Source of the DNA: Patescibacteria group bacterium
GTDB taxonomy: Bacteria > Patescibacteriota > Saccharimonadia > UBA4664
NCBI GenBank assembly: GCA_028288925.1
Contig: JAQGHG010000005.1
Coordinates: 15,991 to 79,990, forward strand
Reading direction: 5' to 3'
DNA length: 64,000 bases
In this document: one piece after another, positions 9,443-18,799 of the stretch
Numbering within the stretch: position 1 is the first letter of the stretch
How the letters are laid out: each line of letters begins with the position of its first letter
Translations under genes and position numbers: made by a program
The notes under the pieces: model-generated
Database searches by the model: none
What the model was told of the DNA's origin: nothing
What the model saw: only the letters and a program-made list of their open reading frames with translations

Positions 9443-11359
9443 CTAGCCGCGCAGGGCGCCTAGCAGGTCGCGCAGGCGCATGGTGGCTACGGCTACCACA
9501 TGGTCGGCGCCGCCGTAGTAGAGGTAAATGGTGTCGCCGCGCAGCACTTGGCCGCACGGGAAGACGACGTTGCCGATCCAGCCTTCGCGCTCCCAGGGCT
9601 CGACGGGCGTCATGATGGGCTGGCTGGCGCGGCCAAGCACTTTGGTGGGGTCTTTGCGGTCCAGGAGTACGGCGCCCAGGCAGTAACGGCCCTCGGCGGT
9701 GATGCCGTGATAGAAGAGGATCCAGCCGAGGGGTGTTTTGAGGGGCGGCCCGGCGATGCCGACTTTGCGGCTGTCCCACATGCCGCGCCGAGCGCCGAAG
9801 AGCTGGATGCAGCGGGTGAGTTTTTCTTTGCGGAAGTCGAGGGTGGTTACGTAGTCGGCGCAGACGTGGCCGTCGACCCGGTGCAGAACCATGTAGCGGC
9901 CGTGGATTTTCTCGGGGAAGATGCAGGCGTCTTTGTCGTCGACGCCATCTGGGCTGACGGTTTCGGGCATGGTCCAGGCATCGAAGCGGCGGGCTAGGAA
10001 GTCGGCGACGCTGATGGAGCTTTCGGCTACCTGCGGCGAGCTTACGCTGTCGAAGGCGGTGTAGGTGACGTGCAGGCGGTCGCCGATGCGCACGACGCGG
10101 GCGTCTTCGCAGCCGGAGTTGTCGGTGGGGCCGGCGTGTTTTTGCTCGAAGCCGACCCGGGGTACATAGATGGGCTCGGGCAATCGTTCGTCGATGTGGA
10201 CGCCGTCTCGTGAGGTGGCCAGGCCGATGACTGAAGTGTTTTCGGGGCCGACGGCGCGGTAGAGAATGTTGATCGTGCCGTCGATCTCGACGGCGGTGGG
10301 GTTGAGGACGTGGGCGGCTTCCCAGGGGTGGTCCGCGATGGGCTCGAGGATGGGATTTTCGGGCGGGCGCTGAACGTGCTGTTTAATACTCCCGTCGGCC
10401 GACATACTGGCCATAAGGGCCTTGAAGCTTAGGGCGGCGCGGCAGCTGGTGGTGTCGGTGCCGCCGTAGTAGACGGTGAGCCGGTCGCCGTGGCGCAGGG
10501 CGCCGCTCGGGAAGATGATGTTGGGCAGCCGGCCGTAGCGCTCGTAGCCTTCCTCGGGCACCATGAAGGGATAGATGGTGCGTTTGAGGACTTTGGTGGG
10601 GTCGTGCAGATCGAGCAGGGCGGCTTCGATGCCGAAGATTTTGTGGTCGGTGAAGTATTCTTGAATGTGTGAGTACAGTAGCAGCCAGCCGTCCTTGGTC
10701 CAGATGGGCGGCGCGCCGACTTCGACGTGATCGGTGTCGCCGCGGACGAGGTTGAGGGTGCGATCATCGAGGTGTTCGCGCCAGTTTTCCCAGTACTTGG
10801 GCGACCACATGTCTTCGGGCCGGTCGAATTCGGCGATGGCTATCTTGGAGGGCGGCCGGTCGGAGTCGACTGTCAGGATGGCGCGGAGTTTGCCGTTGAC
10901 GCGCTCGGGGAACAGCGCCATAGCCTTGGCGTTGAAGGGCGTGACGAGGTGCTTTTGGTCGATAGTCTTGAGGTCTTTGGAGGTGGCGACGGCGACTTTG
11001 ATGTTGTCGGGCCCAAACGGAAATCCGCCCAGCGCCGTATAGAAGATGTAGTAAGTGTCGCCGAGCTTGGTAACGCGCGGGTCTTCGCAGCCGAATTCAT
11101 CCCAGGGTTCGCTGGGTACGATGAGCTGCCGAGGCTCGCCAAACGTCTGTCCCCCATCCGTGCTGGAGGCGATGGCGACCGTGGAGAGCTCGACATCGTG
11201 GCCGTGGTAGAGCGCCGGATGGCTGGCGGCGCGGTAGATGAGGTGGAGGGTCTCGCCTTGCATGACCGGTGAGGGGTTGAAGGCCGCCTCGGCCAGCCAC
11301 GGCGTATTGGGGTCTGGGCTGATGAGCGGATTACGGGGGTCGCGGGTAACATTGAACAT
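9443..11359 (-). CDS. Tandem double GH130-domain protein
   Basis: Two full motif sets (GCEDPRV...YYGGTD; GCEDARV...YYGGAD). Confidence 0.9.
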   Translation of the reverse strand: MFNVTRDPRNPLISPDPNTPWLAEAAFNPSPVMQGETLHLIYRAASHPALYHGHDVELSTVAIASSTDGGQTFGEPRQLIVPSEPWDEFGCEDPRVTKLGDTYYIFYTALGGFPFGPDNIKVAVATSKDLKTIDQKHLVTPFNAKAMALFPERVNGKLRAILTVDSDRPPSKIAIAEFDRPEDMWSPKYWENWREHLDDRTLNLVRGDTDHVEVGAPPIWTKDGWLLLYSHIQEYFTDHKIFGIEAALLDLHDPTKVLKRTIYPFMVPEEGYERYGRLPNIIFPSGALRHGDRLTVYYGGTDTTSCRAALSFKALMASMSADGSIKQHVQRPPENPILEPIADHPWEAAHVLNPTAVEIDGTINILYRAVGPENTSVIGLATSRDGVHIDERLPEPIYVPRVGFEQKHAGPTDNSGCEDARVVRIGDRLHVTYTAFDSVSSPQVAESSISVADFLARRFDAWTMPETVSPDGVDDKDACIFPEKIHGRYMVLHRVDGHVCADYVTTLDFRKEKLTRCIQLFGARRGMWDSRKVGIAGPPLKTPLGWILFYHGITAEGRYCLGAVLLDRKDPTKVLGRASQPIMTPVEPWEREGWIGNVVFPCGQVLRGDTIYLYYGGADHVVAVATMRLRDLLGALRG

Positions 11360-11363
11360 AGTG

Positions 11364-13232
11364 TTATGCTACGTCGCCGGCCGAAGTGAGCACAAGGGCA
11401 TGGTCTTTGACGAGCGCGTCTAGGAAGGCGTCGACATTGGCGCGGGCGGCGGCTACCCGCTTGTCCCCGCCGCCGTAATACACGATGAGGTTTTCGCCCA
11501 GGACGACCGCGCCACAGGTGTAGACCACGCCGGGTTTGCCGTCGTTCTCGTACCATTCCTTGGGCTCGAGGATGGGAGCGTTGGTGCGGTAGAGAATTTT
11601 GGTGGGGTCGTCCAGATCGAGCAGCATGGCGCCGAGCTTGTATTTGCCGGGGTCAAACTTGTCGTTGGCGTGGTAAAACAGGAGCCAGCCCATGGCGGTC
11701 TTGATGGGCGGCGCGCCGGTGCCACGGACCCGGCTGTCCCAGTGGTCTTTGCGGCGGGGGTCGCCGTAGCCGCCACCGTGAGCCGGCGGCAGGCTGTCGA
11801 TGAAGGTTTTGCCGTCGAGGGCGTCGAGGCTGTCGACGTATTCGATGTGGATCTTGGGGCTGAGGCCGTGCAGAATGGCGTATTTGCCGTTTACTTTTTC
11901 CGGGAAGATCACCCAGTTTTTATTGGTCTCCTTGGGACGGGAAATCATGACGGATTTGCGCCAGTTCCATTTCTTGAGCTTAATGTTTTCAAGCGAGATT
12001 GAGGTAAGAGCGATGCGCATGTTGTCCCAGCCGCAAAAGGCGGTAAACGACATGTAGGCGTGGCCGTCGAGCACTACCGCCCGGGGGTCTTCGCAGCCGG
12101 CCCAGCCGCCGCCGGAGGGATGCTCGGCGAGGTTGTAGCCTTGTTCGGGGCGGATGTGTCCGGGGTCGGGCGTGCCGATGCCGTGGCTGGGGGTATATAC
12201 GGGGTGGCTCAGGCGGTCGTCAAAGTGGATGCCGTCGGCGCTGGAGGCGTAGCCGATGCGCGAGACGCCGTCGGGCCCCATGGCGCGGTAGAGCAAATGC
12301 ACCCGTCCGTCGCTCACAAAGGCGGCGGGGTTGAAGACCGCCTCGGATTCCCACTCGTAGGCGCTGGGCTCCATGATGGGATTGTGCATGGAGCGGTGGA
12401 GTTGGGTGCGGCGGCGGCCGCGGGCACGGACGGCGAAGGGATTAGGCAGTCGCAGGGTGATGAGCTTTTCGGTATTGCTGGTGAGATACACCACTATTTC
12501 GTGATCGGACACCACCGCGCCTAGACTGCGGGGCTGGTCTCTTTCGGCGGTAGAAAATTGGTGGAGCGGCTCGTCGGAACGCCAGAGGACGTGCTCGGGG
12601 TTGTCGGCGGCGCAGAGCAACACACCGATTGAGACGGTGGTCTGCTTGTGTTTGGTTTCCCGAGTCTCGTAAAGCACCACTATCCCCTGCTCGACGTGGG
12701 CGGTGGTGACGACCTGGAGGGTGTGGGCGTCGAAACGGTCTTTGCGCGGGGCGGCGACGGCGTGGCCGGTGTTGTGCCAAGCTACGAGGTTTTTGGAGAA
12801 GGCTACGTGCAGTTCCCGCTCGCCGTAGTACAGAACGTGCTGGCCGTTGTGCAGATACTCGGGGACCACCATACCGGCGCCGGTGAGGTGATGGTTAAAG
12901 GATGGGACGTTCCAGATATCGATCTCGTCGTCGGGGTCGCGAATCGCGATTCTCAACTCGGGCCGGCCCTCGTGCTCGATGGTGTAGGCCATGATGCTTT
13001 CGTCTAGCACATGCGAAACGCGCACATTTTGGATGTGCGCGAGGTGTTCTTTGCGCCCGAGTGGCAGCACGATGGACGGGCCGGCTGATTCCAGACGAAA
13101 AGTCTGATCATCCCCGTGACCCAGTACGAGGCGGTAGGTTTCCGAATACTTTTCGCGACCGATAAGACCTACGGAGTCATTGTCGCGAAATATGCCTAGC
13201 GGATGAGTTCGTCGTAATGCGGAATGACTCAA
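11364..13232 (-). CDS. GH130 protein with degenerate N-terminal propeller and intact C-terminal domain
   Basis: C-half AVFNPAA, LLYRA, GCEDPR, NKNW, YYGGGD; N-half keeps only remnants (NPEHVLWRSDEPL). Confidence 0.85.
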   Translation of the reverse strand: MSHSALRRTHPLGIFRDNDSVGLIGREKYSETYRLVLGHGDDQTFRLESAGPSIVLPLGRKEHLAHIQNVRVSHVLDESIMAYTIEHEGRPELRIAIRDPDDEIDIWNVPSFNHHLTGAGMVVPEYLHNGQHVLYYGERELHVAFSKNLVAWHNTGHAVAAPRKDRFDAHTLQVVTTAHVEQGIVVLYETRETKHKQTTVSIGVLLCAADNPEHVLWRSDEPLHQFSTAERDQPRSLGAVVSDHEIVVYLTSNTEKLITLRLPNPFAVRARGRRRTQLHRSMHNPIMEPSAYEWESEAVFNPAAFVSDGRVHLLYRAMGPDGVSRIGYASSADGIHFDDRLSHPVYTPSHGIGTPDPGHIRPEQGYNLAEHPSGGGWAGCEDPRAVVLDGHAYMSFTAFCGWDNMRIALTSISLENIKLKKWNWRKSVMISRPKETNKNWVIFPEKVNGKYAILHGLSPKIHIEYVDSLDALDGKTFIDSLPPAHGGGYGDPRRKDHWDSRVRGTGAPPIKTAMGWLLFYHANDKFDPGKYKLGAMLLDLDDPTKILYRTNAPILEPKEWYENDGKPGVVYTCGAVVLGENLIVYYGGGDKRVAAARANVDAFLDALVKDHALVLTSAGDVA

Positions 13233-13309
13233 TTGTCCGAAAATCCTCAGTTCACGTTAATTTTAGCACAAGCATTATGGTGTCCGCTAGACGAAAATGT
13301 CAGCGAATA

Positions 13310-14086
13310 TTAATACATTGGTTTATGGACGTAATTGGGTTTTTTGTATTTGCCGATGATGGCGTTCCAGCGGATTATCCAGAGATCGAGGAAGCCACTA
13401 AGGGCGGCTTTGATAGGATTATCCCCTACTAACCCCATGCCCGCGGCTTTTGGATCCTTCCAGTCTGGCGCTTCGATGGAAACAATTTTGTAGTGGAGCA
13501 ACCGGGCGATTAATATAATTTCGGCGTCAAAGCTCCAAGAGAGCATGGTCATGCGGCCGAAGATTACTTCGGCGGTGTCGGCCCGAAAAACCTTGAAGCC
13601 ACATTGCGTATCTTTGATACCGGGTGCGACTAGGATTTGCGCGGCGACGTTGCTGGTGCTGGATATGAGCTTGCGGATAAGCCCTTTGTGAATCTTCCAT
13701 AAGTCGCGGGTGGCGATGCCGATGTGGGCGTTTTTGTCGATCACGAGGCGCTTAACGTCGTCGAGGTGCTCCAGCGGCGTGGCGAGATCGGCGTCCATGA
13801 AGATCTTGTAGTGGCCGCGGGATTCGTACATTCCCAGTCGGACATCGCGGCCTTTGCCGACACGCGGGCCGGCGTGGACGAGGCGAAAATGCTGGAACAG
13901 CTTGGCGCGGCTTTCGGCGATTTTGGCGGTACCGTCGGGACTGTCTGGTACTACCACGACTACCTCGACGGCGCCATAATCACGGGTTTTGAGAAAGGCG
14001 GCGAGTTTTTCGAGGTCATCGGCGATGCCGGCGGCCTCCATATAGGCGGGGATGATGATACTGAGATCGATGGGGGCGGTGGTCAT
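13310..14086 (-). CDS. GT2 polyprenyl-phosphate hexosyltransferase (DPM/DPG synthase-like)
   Basis: LSIIIPAY, GKG, FMDADL, DTQCGFK, FDAE. Confidence 0.9.
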   Translation of the reverse strand: MTTAPIDLSIIIPAYMEAAGIADDLEKLAAFLKTRDYGAVEVVVVVPDSPDGTAKIAESRAKLFQHFRLVHAGPRVGKGRDVRLGMYESRGHYKIFMDADLATPLEHLDDVKRLVIDKNAHIGIATRDLWKIHKGLIRKLISSTSNVAAQILVAPGIKDTQCGFKVFRADTAEVIFGRMTMLSWSFDAEIILIARLLHYKIVSIEAPDWKDPKAAGMGLVGDNPIKAALSGFLDLWIIRWNAIIGKYKKPNYVHKPMY

Positions 14087-15624
14087 TTGGCGACCTCGTA
14101 GGTGTAATAGATCTCGGCCTGGTTAAACGATGAGTAGTGGGGTCGCAGTACGCCGCCAGGGAACTTAATCTTGAGGATTTTTACCGATTCGTCGCGGGAA
14201 GTGCTGGTGATCATAAACTGGCGGTTGACGGCGGGGATGGGGAGGCCGGCAATGTCTTGGGCCTGGATCGCTTGGTAAGGTATCTTGCCTGGATTGAGAA
14301 AGGCTACGACCGGCTGTTCGTCCTTGCTTGCTACGAGGTAGCGCTCGCCCTTGAATTTGTCAGTTTGAAGATTGGCGGCGATCTGGGCGGAGCCTTCGTT
14401 GTAGGCAGCGTAAACTTCGCTCGATCCGGCCCAGGCACGGAAGTACTGGGTGTAGCCTTGGAAGAGCGTCAGCGCCAGGAGTAGTATGACGGCCGCTTGG
14501 CCGCTTGCCCGGGCGGCGGAGTTGATCGGGAAGGTGGTGTACCACAGCTCGAGCATGTAGGAGATGCCAATGGCGGCGAGCACTAGGACAAACGGGAGGG
14601 CGCCGGCCGCGCGGGCGGCGTTGGGGACGCCGGCGGTGGTAAGCAAGGCCGGCAGGAGCATGATGAAGGTGAAGGCGATCGCTACCTGGTAGCGGCGTTC
14701 GTGGAGGCGTGAGATACCTACGAGCAGGCCGGCTACGAGCATCAGCCCTACAAAGGCGTTGAGCATTGGTTCGCCGGCTAGATTGTGGCGGTAGTTTTCG
14801 TCGCCGCGGACATTGAACATGAGGAGCGTGCGGCCAAGATTGCCGCCCAGTGTACTGAGGCTGGCGGTGAGCCCGCTAGCCGTGGGCAGGTGTTTGAGCG
14901 CGTCCGCGGAAGTGCCGGCTAGGTAGCCAAAGAGCCCAATCCCGGCGGCCAATCCGGCAGCGCCGACAAGGCGGGGCTTGGTGATGGCCCGGAGAGGCTT
15001 TTCGCGCAGTAGCCAGATTGCTCCGGTCGCGAGTACGAGGAGCACTAGCAGCCAGCCAATGGGGCCGCTCAGGAGGTCGAGCGTCAGGGTAGCTGCTAGC
15101 GCTACGTACCGCCAGAGGCTGGGTCGCCGCCGGACGAGGGTGGCTAGCCAGAGCGTGAGTGGTACCAGTAGCGGGATGACGGCCGCGCTCTGCCCGTTGC
15201 GTGAGAGCATGACGGCCCATGGCGTGATGGCGACGAGCAGTGATGCCAACCAGGCGACGCGAATGCCAAACCATGAACGCGCCCATAGCCAGGTAGCCGG
15301 TATGGCCAGGGTGCCCAACAGAGCCGGCCAGAGGTGCAACGCCAAGCTGGTGTGACCGAAGAATTTGACACTAAGCGCCTGTAGCCAGACCCACAGAGGC
15401 GCGTAGCCATTGGTGGCGTTCATGGCGATGAATTTGCCGTGCTCGGCCAGGCCGGCGGCCTGTAGACCTAGCGTGGCGGTGCCTTGGTAGAGCCCGGGCG
15501 GCAACGTGCTTAGCTGGTAGAAGCGAAAGAACGCGCCAATGGCGAGTACCAACGTTGTACTAATGGGGACTGTGTACCGGCCGAGCCAGACGAAGGGCGG
15601 CCGAATTTTGGTTGCCGATGCCAT
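14083..15624 (-). CDS. GT39/ArnT-like membrane glycosyltransferase
   Basis: RFYQL..LPPGL start, multiple TM, GD.NYRHNL.G.PML loop; canonical DE loop appears replaced (YQGT). Confidence 0.78.
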   Translation of the reverse strand: MASATKIRPPFVWLGRYTVPISTTLVLAIGAFFRFYQLSTLPPGLYQGTATLGLQAAGLAEHGKFIAMNATNGYAPLWVWLQALSVKFFGHTSLALHLWPALLGTLAIPATWLWARSWFGIRVAWLASLLVAITPWAVMLSRNGQSAAVIPLLVPLTLWLATLVRRRPSLWRYVALAATLTLDLLSGPIGWLLVLLVLATGAIWLLREKPLRAITKPRLVGAAGLAAGIGLFGYLAGTSADALKHLPTASGLTASLSTLGGNLGRTLLMFNVRGDENYRHNLAGEPMLNAFVGLMLVAGLLVGISRLHERRYQVAIAFTFIMLLPALLTTAGVPNAARAAGALPFVLVLAAIGISYMLELWYTTFPINSAARASGQAAVILLLALTLFQGYTQYFRAWAGSSEVYAAYNEGSAQIAANLQTDKFKGERYLVASKDEQPVVAFLNPGKIPYQAIQAQDIAGLPIPAVNRQFMITSTSRDESVKILKIKFPGGVLRPHYSSFNQAEIYYTYEVAK

Positions 15625-16112
15625 TACTTAAATACCACCTTTTTATACATTATATAATTCCAGGTCAGGCTGATGACGGTAGCGATGGCCTTCGCGCCAT
15701 TTTTTATCAGAAAATCATCGTGTCCGCGGACGCCTATCGCGTGAGCTACCAGGATGCCAGTTTGCATTGGGTAGAGCCAGACGTCGGTCAGGAGCTTAAT
15801 GGTACCGGTTTGGAGGACGTACAGGCCAAACGCGGTTACCAACAAGAAGCTAATGGATTGCCGGACAAGAGGGCTGTCGTGTTTCTTAAATACCAGGTGC
15901 CGGTTGGCCATGAAGCTAAAGGCCATGGCGATGGTGGTTGAGATAATATTTGATTGTACAAGCGAGAGACCGATTTTGCTCGACAGCAGATTATAGATGA
16001 CGAAGTCGAGAAGGGTGTTGAGTACGCCGACTAAACCAAATTTACTGACACGCCGGAATTCGCTTCTTCGGGATGTGGCTACCACCTTGACCTCTTTGTT
16101 CTTCGTAAGCAT
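15624..16112 (-). CDS. GtrA-family lipid-sugar flippase
   Basis: KFGLVG.LNT.LDF, FS F.NR..VF, WNY..YK..VF; start trimmed to the internal ATG. Confidence 0.88.
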   Translation of the reverse strand: MLTKNKEVKVVATSRRSEFRRVSKFGLVGVLNTLLDFVIYNLLSSKIGLSLVQSNIISTTIAMAFSFMANRHLVFKKHDSPLVRQSISFLLVTAFGLYVLQTGTIKLLTDVWLYPMQTGILVAHAIGVRGHDDFLIKNGAKAIATVISLTWNYIMYKKVVFK

Positions 16113-16143
16113 AACTGATTTGGCTTCCAGCTGTAAATAGGCT

Positions 16144-16656
16144 CTATGTGGGCCATGAGCGTCCGCTGGCGAGCCAGCCCGCTTTGATGACGGGTTGATC
16201 TGGTGTTTGGAGCATTGGAATCTCACTAATGGTAAAGCTGGCACTCTCGATAATCTCTTCGCCGTAGTGCAGTGCTAGTGCTTGATCGGTCGTGGCCCAG
16301 TAGTAGGCCATGTAGCTGACGGGGAAGGGGTAGGTTTTGCCTGCCTGAGGGTGCGGGGCTGGTGTAAGATGGGTGATCTCGCGGATAGCAAAAAGCTGGT
16401 AGCTGTCGATAGTGAAACCACCCTCTTCGAGCGCTTCCCGGCGGAGGGCGTCCTCAGGGGTTTCCCCCTCCTCGATGTGGCCGCCGAGCATGCCCCAGCC
16501 GCGTTGGCTGCGGGCTAGTCTGATTTTATCCCTGGTGATGGCTACGCACATGACGGCGGTGCATAATTCCGTGGGCGGAGGGGTTGAGGCTGTATAGAGC
16601 TCCCAAGTGACGTTTTTGCCCCAGTCCCCCGTCTTGATAGTGGTGCGGCTCGTCAT
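16144..16656 (-). CDS. Nudix hydrolase
   Basis: GGHIEEGETPEDALRREALEEGG Nudix box. Confidence 0.9.
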   Translation of the reverse strand: MTSRTTIKTGDWGKNVTWELYTASTPPPTELCTAVMCVAITRDKIRLARSQRGWGMLGGHIEEGETPEDALRREALEEGGFTIDSYQLFAIREITHLTPAPHPQAGKTYPFPVSYMAYYWATTDQALALHYGEEIIESASFTISEIPMLQTPDQPVIKAGWLASGRSWPT

Positions 16657-17387
16657 GTTCGATCTTTGGGCCGAAGGGCTATGAGTAAATTATCTGATTC
16701 GGTCTGGGCGGCCATGATGGATACTAATAAATGATCCGACGGGATCCAACGGTGGTGGTTTGTTTCTTTGGGTGGGTCGGGATCGACAATGAGAAATTGG
16801 TCTTCTTTGTAGCCGGCGCAGGTTACGGCGTGTGTGGTGGACCGGCCGCGAATGGAATCGTCTTCGAACGCATCGGTCTTTTGGTCGTAGCGGCTCTTTG
16901 GCTTTTGGTTTAGGTACGTGGAGTTTACCATCATCAGATAGGGGCCGTCGTTGAGGAGGTTGCGCAGAAGCTTTGTGGTTAACGGCTGAAACGAGAAGGC
17001 TCCCCCGGCGTTAGCGTATTGCTCCCATCCGTTTACGAGGATGTGGTGGTATTTTGCGAGCCAGGAGTTAGCAGGGATGTGAGGTTGGCGCTGGCGCAGG
17101 CTGGATACGACTTGATGTGCGTCTAGGTTCCCCCAACTGCGGTCGAATAACTCCGTGTCGAAGATGTAGGTGGTGGTTTGGTAGTTGTTTTTGGCAAAGT
17201 AGGCGGCTAAATGGCCGGGAGAAGTGCCAATTTTCTCGCCATTTTCGACGTATAGCGGCACGTCGCGCAAGACGTCAGCCAGGTTGACGGACGGGTCGAA
17301 GTACGACAGGGTTTGCGTGGCGGCGGTTTGCATGCACTCGCTGGTGCTTTGCTGGATGGCTTTGATTTGGTATTCGAGGGGAGACAT
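16653..17387 (-). CDS. Peptidase C39-like (papain-fold) protein
   Basis: Q....C N-terminal motif, HAV..AGY and VDP (Cys-His-Asp). Confidence 0.65.
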   Translation of the reverse strand: MSPLEYQIKAIQQSTSECMQTAATQTLSYFDPSVNLADVLRDVPLYVENGEKIGTSPGHLAAYFAKNNYQTTTYIFDTELFDRSWGNLDAHQVVSSLRQRQPHIPANSWLAKYHHILVNGWEQYANAGGAFSFQPLTTKLLRNLLNDGPYLMMVNSTYLNQKPKSRYDQKTDAFEDDSIRGRSTTHAVTCAGYKEDQFLIVDPDPPKETNHHRWIPSDHLLVSIMAAQTESDNLLIALRPKDRT

Positions 17388-17392
17388 AAGTA

Positions 17393-18799
17393 CTAGCTGT
17401 GGAACCTATCCAGATCGGTGAAACGGCGCTGGTCGGCCTGGAAGAAGAGTTCGACGTCGCCGATAGGGCCGTTACGATGTTTTTTGATGAGGATTTCGGT
17501 GATGTTTTCGTCTTCTTGCTTATCATAGTACCAGGGGCGATAGATGAAGGCGACGACGTCGGCGTCTTGCTCGATGGAGCCGGAGTCGCGCAGGTCGGAG
17601 AGCTGGGGTTTGGGGGGCGTGCGGGACTCCACGGCGCGCGAGAGTTGGCTGAGGGCGATGACTGGCACATTGAGCTCGCGCGCCAGACCTTTGAGGCCAC
17701 GCGAGATCTCTGAGACTTCTTGCTGGCGGCCTTCTTGGCTGCGGGCGCTGCCGGAGATGAGCTGGAGATAGTCGATGATGACGAGACCCAGTCCGTGCTC
17801 GGCTTGCAGGCGGCGGGCTTTGGTGCGCATTTCCATGACGTTGGTCATGGCGGAGTCGTCGATGTAGATGGGGGCTTCCGAGAGCTCGGCCATGGCTTCG
17901 TTGATGCGCGGGAAGTCGTCGTCTTCGAGCTCACCGGTGCGGAGCTTCCAGGAGTCGACGCCGGACTCGATGGCCAGGAGCTGGTCGATGAGTTGCTCCT
18001 TGGAGACTTCAAGCGAGAAGAAGCCGACGGGTATCCCCTCTTTGGTCGCCACGTGGTGGGCAATGTTCATGACGAGGGTGGTCTTACCCATGGAAGGACG
18101 GGCAGCTAGGATGAAGAGGTCGGAATTTTGCAGGCCGGCCAGAATTTTGTCCAGATCGCGAAAGCCGGTGGGGATGCCGCGAAGTTTGCCGGTGTTGGCG
18201 TGGAGCTCGTTGAGCCGGTCGAAGGAGTCGGCCAGGACGGATTGGATGGGAATGAAGTTTTGTTTGAGGTTTTTTTGGGAGACCTCAAAGATGGTCTGCT
18301 CGGCTTTATCGAGGAGCTGGTCGAGTGGGGCGGCTTCGTCGTAGCCCATTTGCGAGATGTTGGAAGCGGCGCCGATGAGGCGGCGGAGGGTGGCCTTATG
18401 CGCCACGATGCTGGCGTAGTGGACGACATGGCCGGCGTTTGGCACGGCCGAGGTGAAATCGGTGACGGCCGCCGATCCGCCGACCCGCTCGAGCTCGCCG
18501 GCCTCGGCCAGTTTGTTGGAGAGGCTCACGACATCGATGGGCTGGCGCTGTTCGTAGAGGTCCATGATGGCCGCGAAGATCAGGCCGTTGCGGTCGTCGT
18601 AGAAATCCTCCGGCGCGACGATGTCGGCGATGCGGATGATGGCGTCTTTTTCGATGAGCACCGAGCCGAGCAGGCTGACCTCGGCTTCGAGGTTCTGGGG
18701 CGGAAGTTTGCCTTTGGCAAGCTCGCCGTCGAGTACCTCTTTGATGGATGGCAGGCGCTTTTCGCGGGAGCGTTCTTTGGATGAGGCGGCTTGGGCCAT
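17393..18799 (-). CDS. dnaB: Replicative DNA helicase
   Basis: AARPSMGKT, FSLE, IDYLQL, LSQLSR, DLRDSGSIEQDAD, KHRNGP; no intein. Confidence 0.98.
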   Translation of the reverse strand: MAQAASSKERSREKRLPSIKEVLDGELAKGKLPPQNLEAEVSLLGSVLIEKDAIIRIADIVAPEDFYDDRNGLIFAAIMDLYEQRQPIDVVSLSNKLAEAGELERVGGSAAVTDFTSAVPNAGHVVHYASIVAHKATLRRLIGAASNISQMGYDEAAPLDQLLDKAEQTIFEVSQKNLKQNFIPIQSVLADSFDRLNELHANTGKLRGIPTGFRDLDKILAGLQNSDLFILAARPSMGKTTLVMNIAHHVATKEGIPVGFFSLEVSKEQLIDQLLAIESGVDSWKLRTGELEDDDFPRINEAMAELSEAPIYIDDSAMTNVMEMRTKARRLQAEHGLGLVIIDYLQLISGSARSQEGRQQEVSEISRGLKGLARELNVPVIALSQLSRAVESRTPPKPQLSDLRDSGSIEQDADVVAFIYRPWYYDKQEDENITEILIKKHRNGPIGDVELFFQADQRRFTDLDRFHS

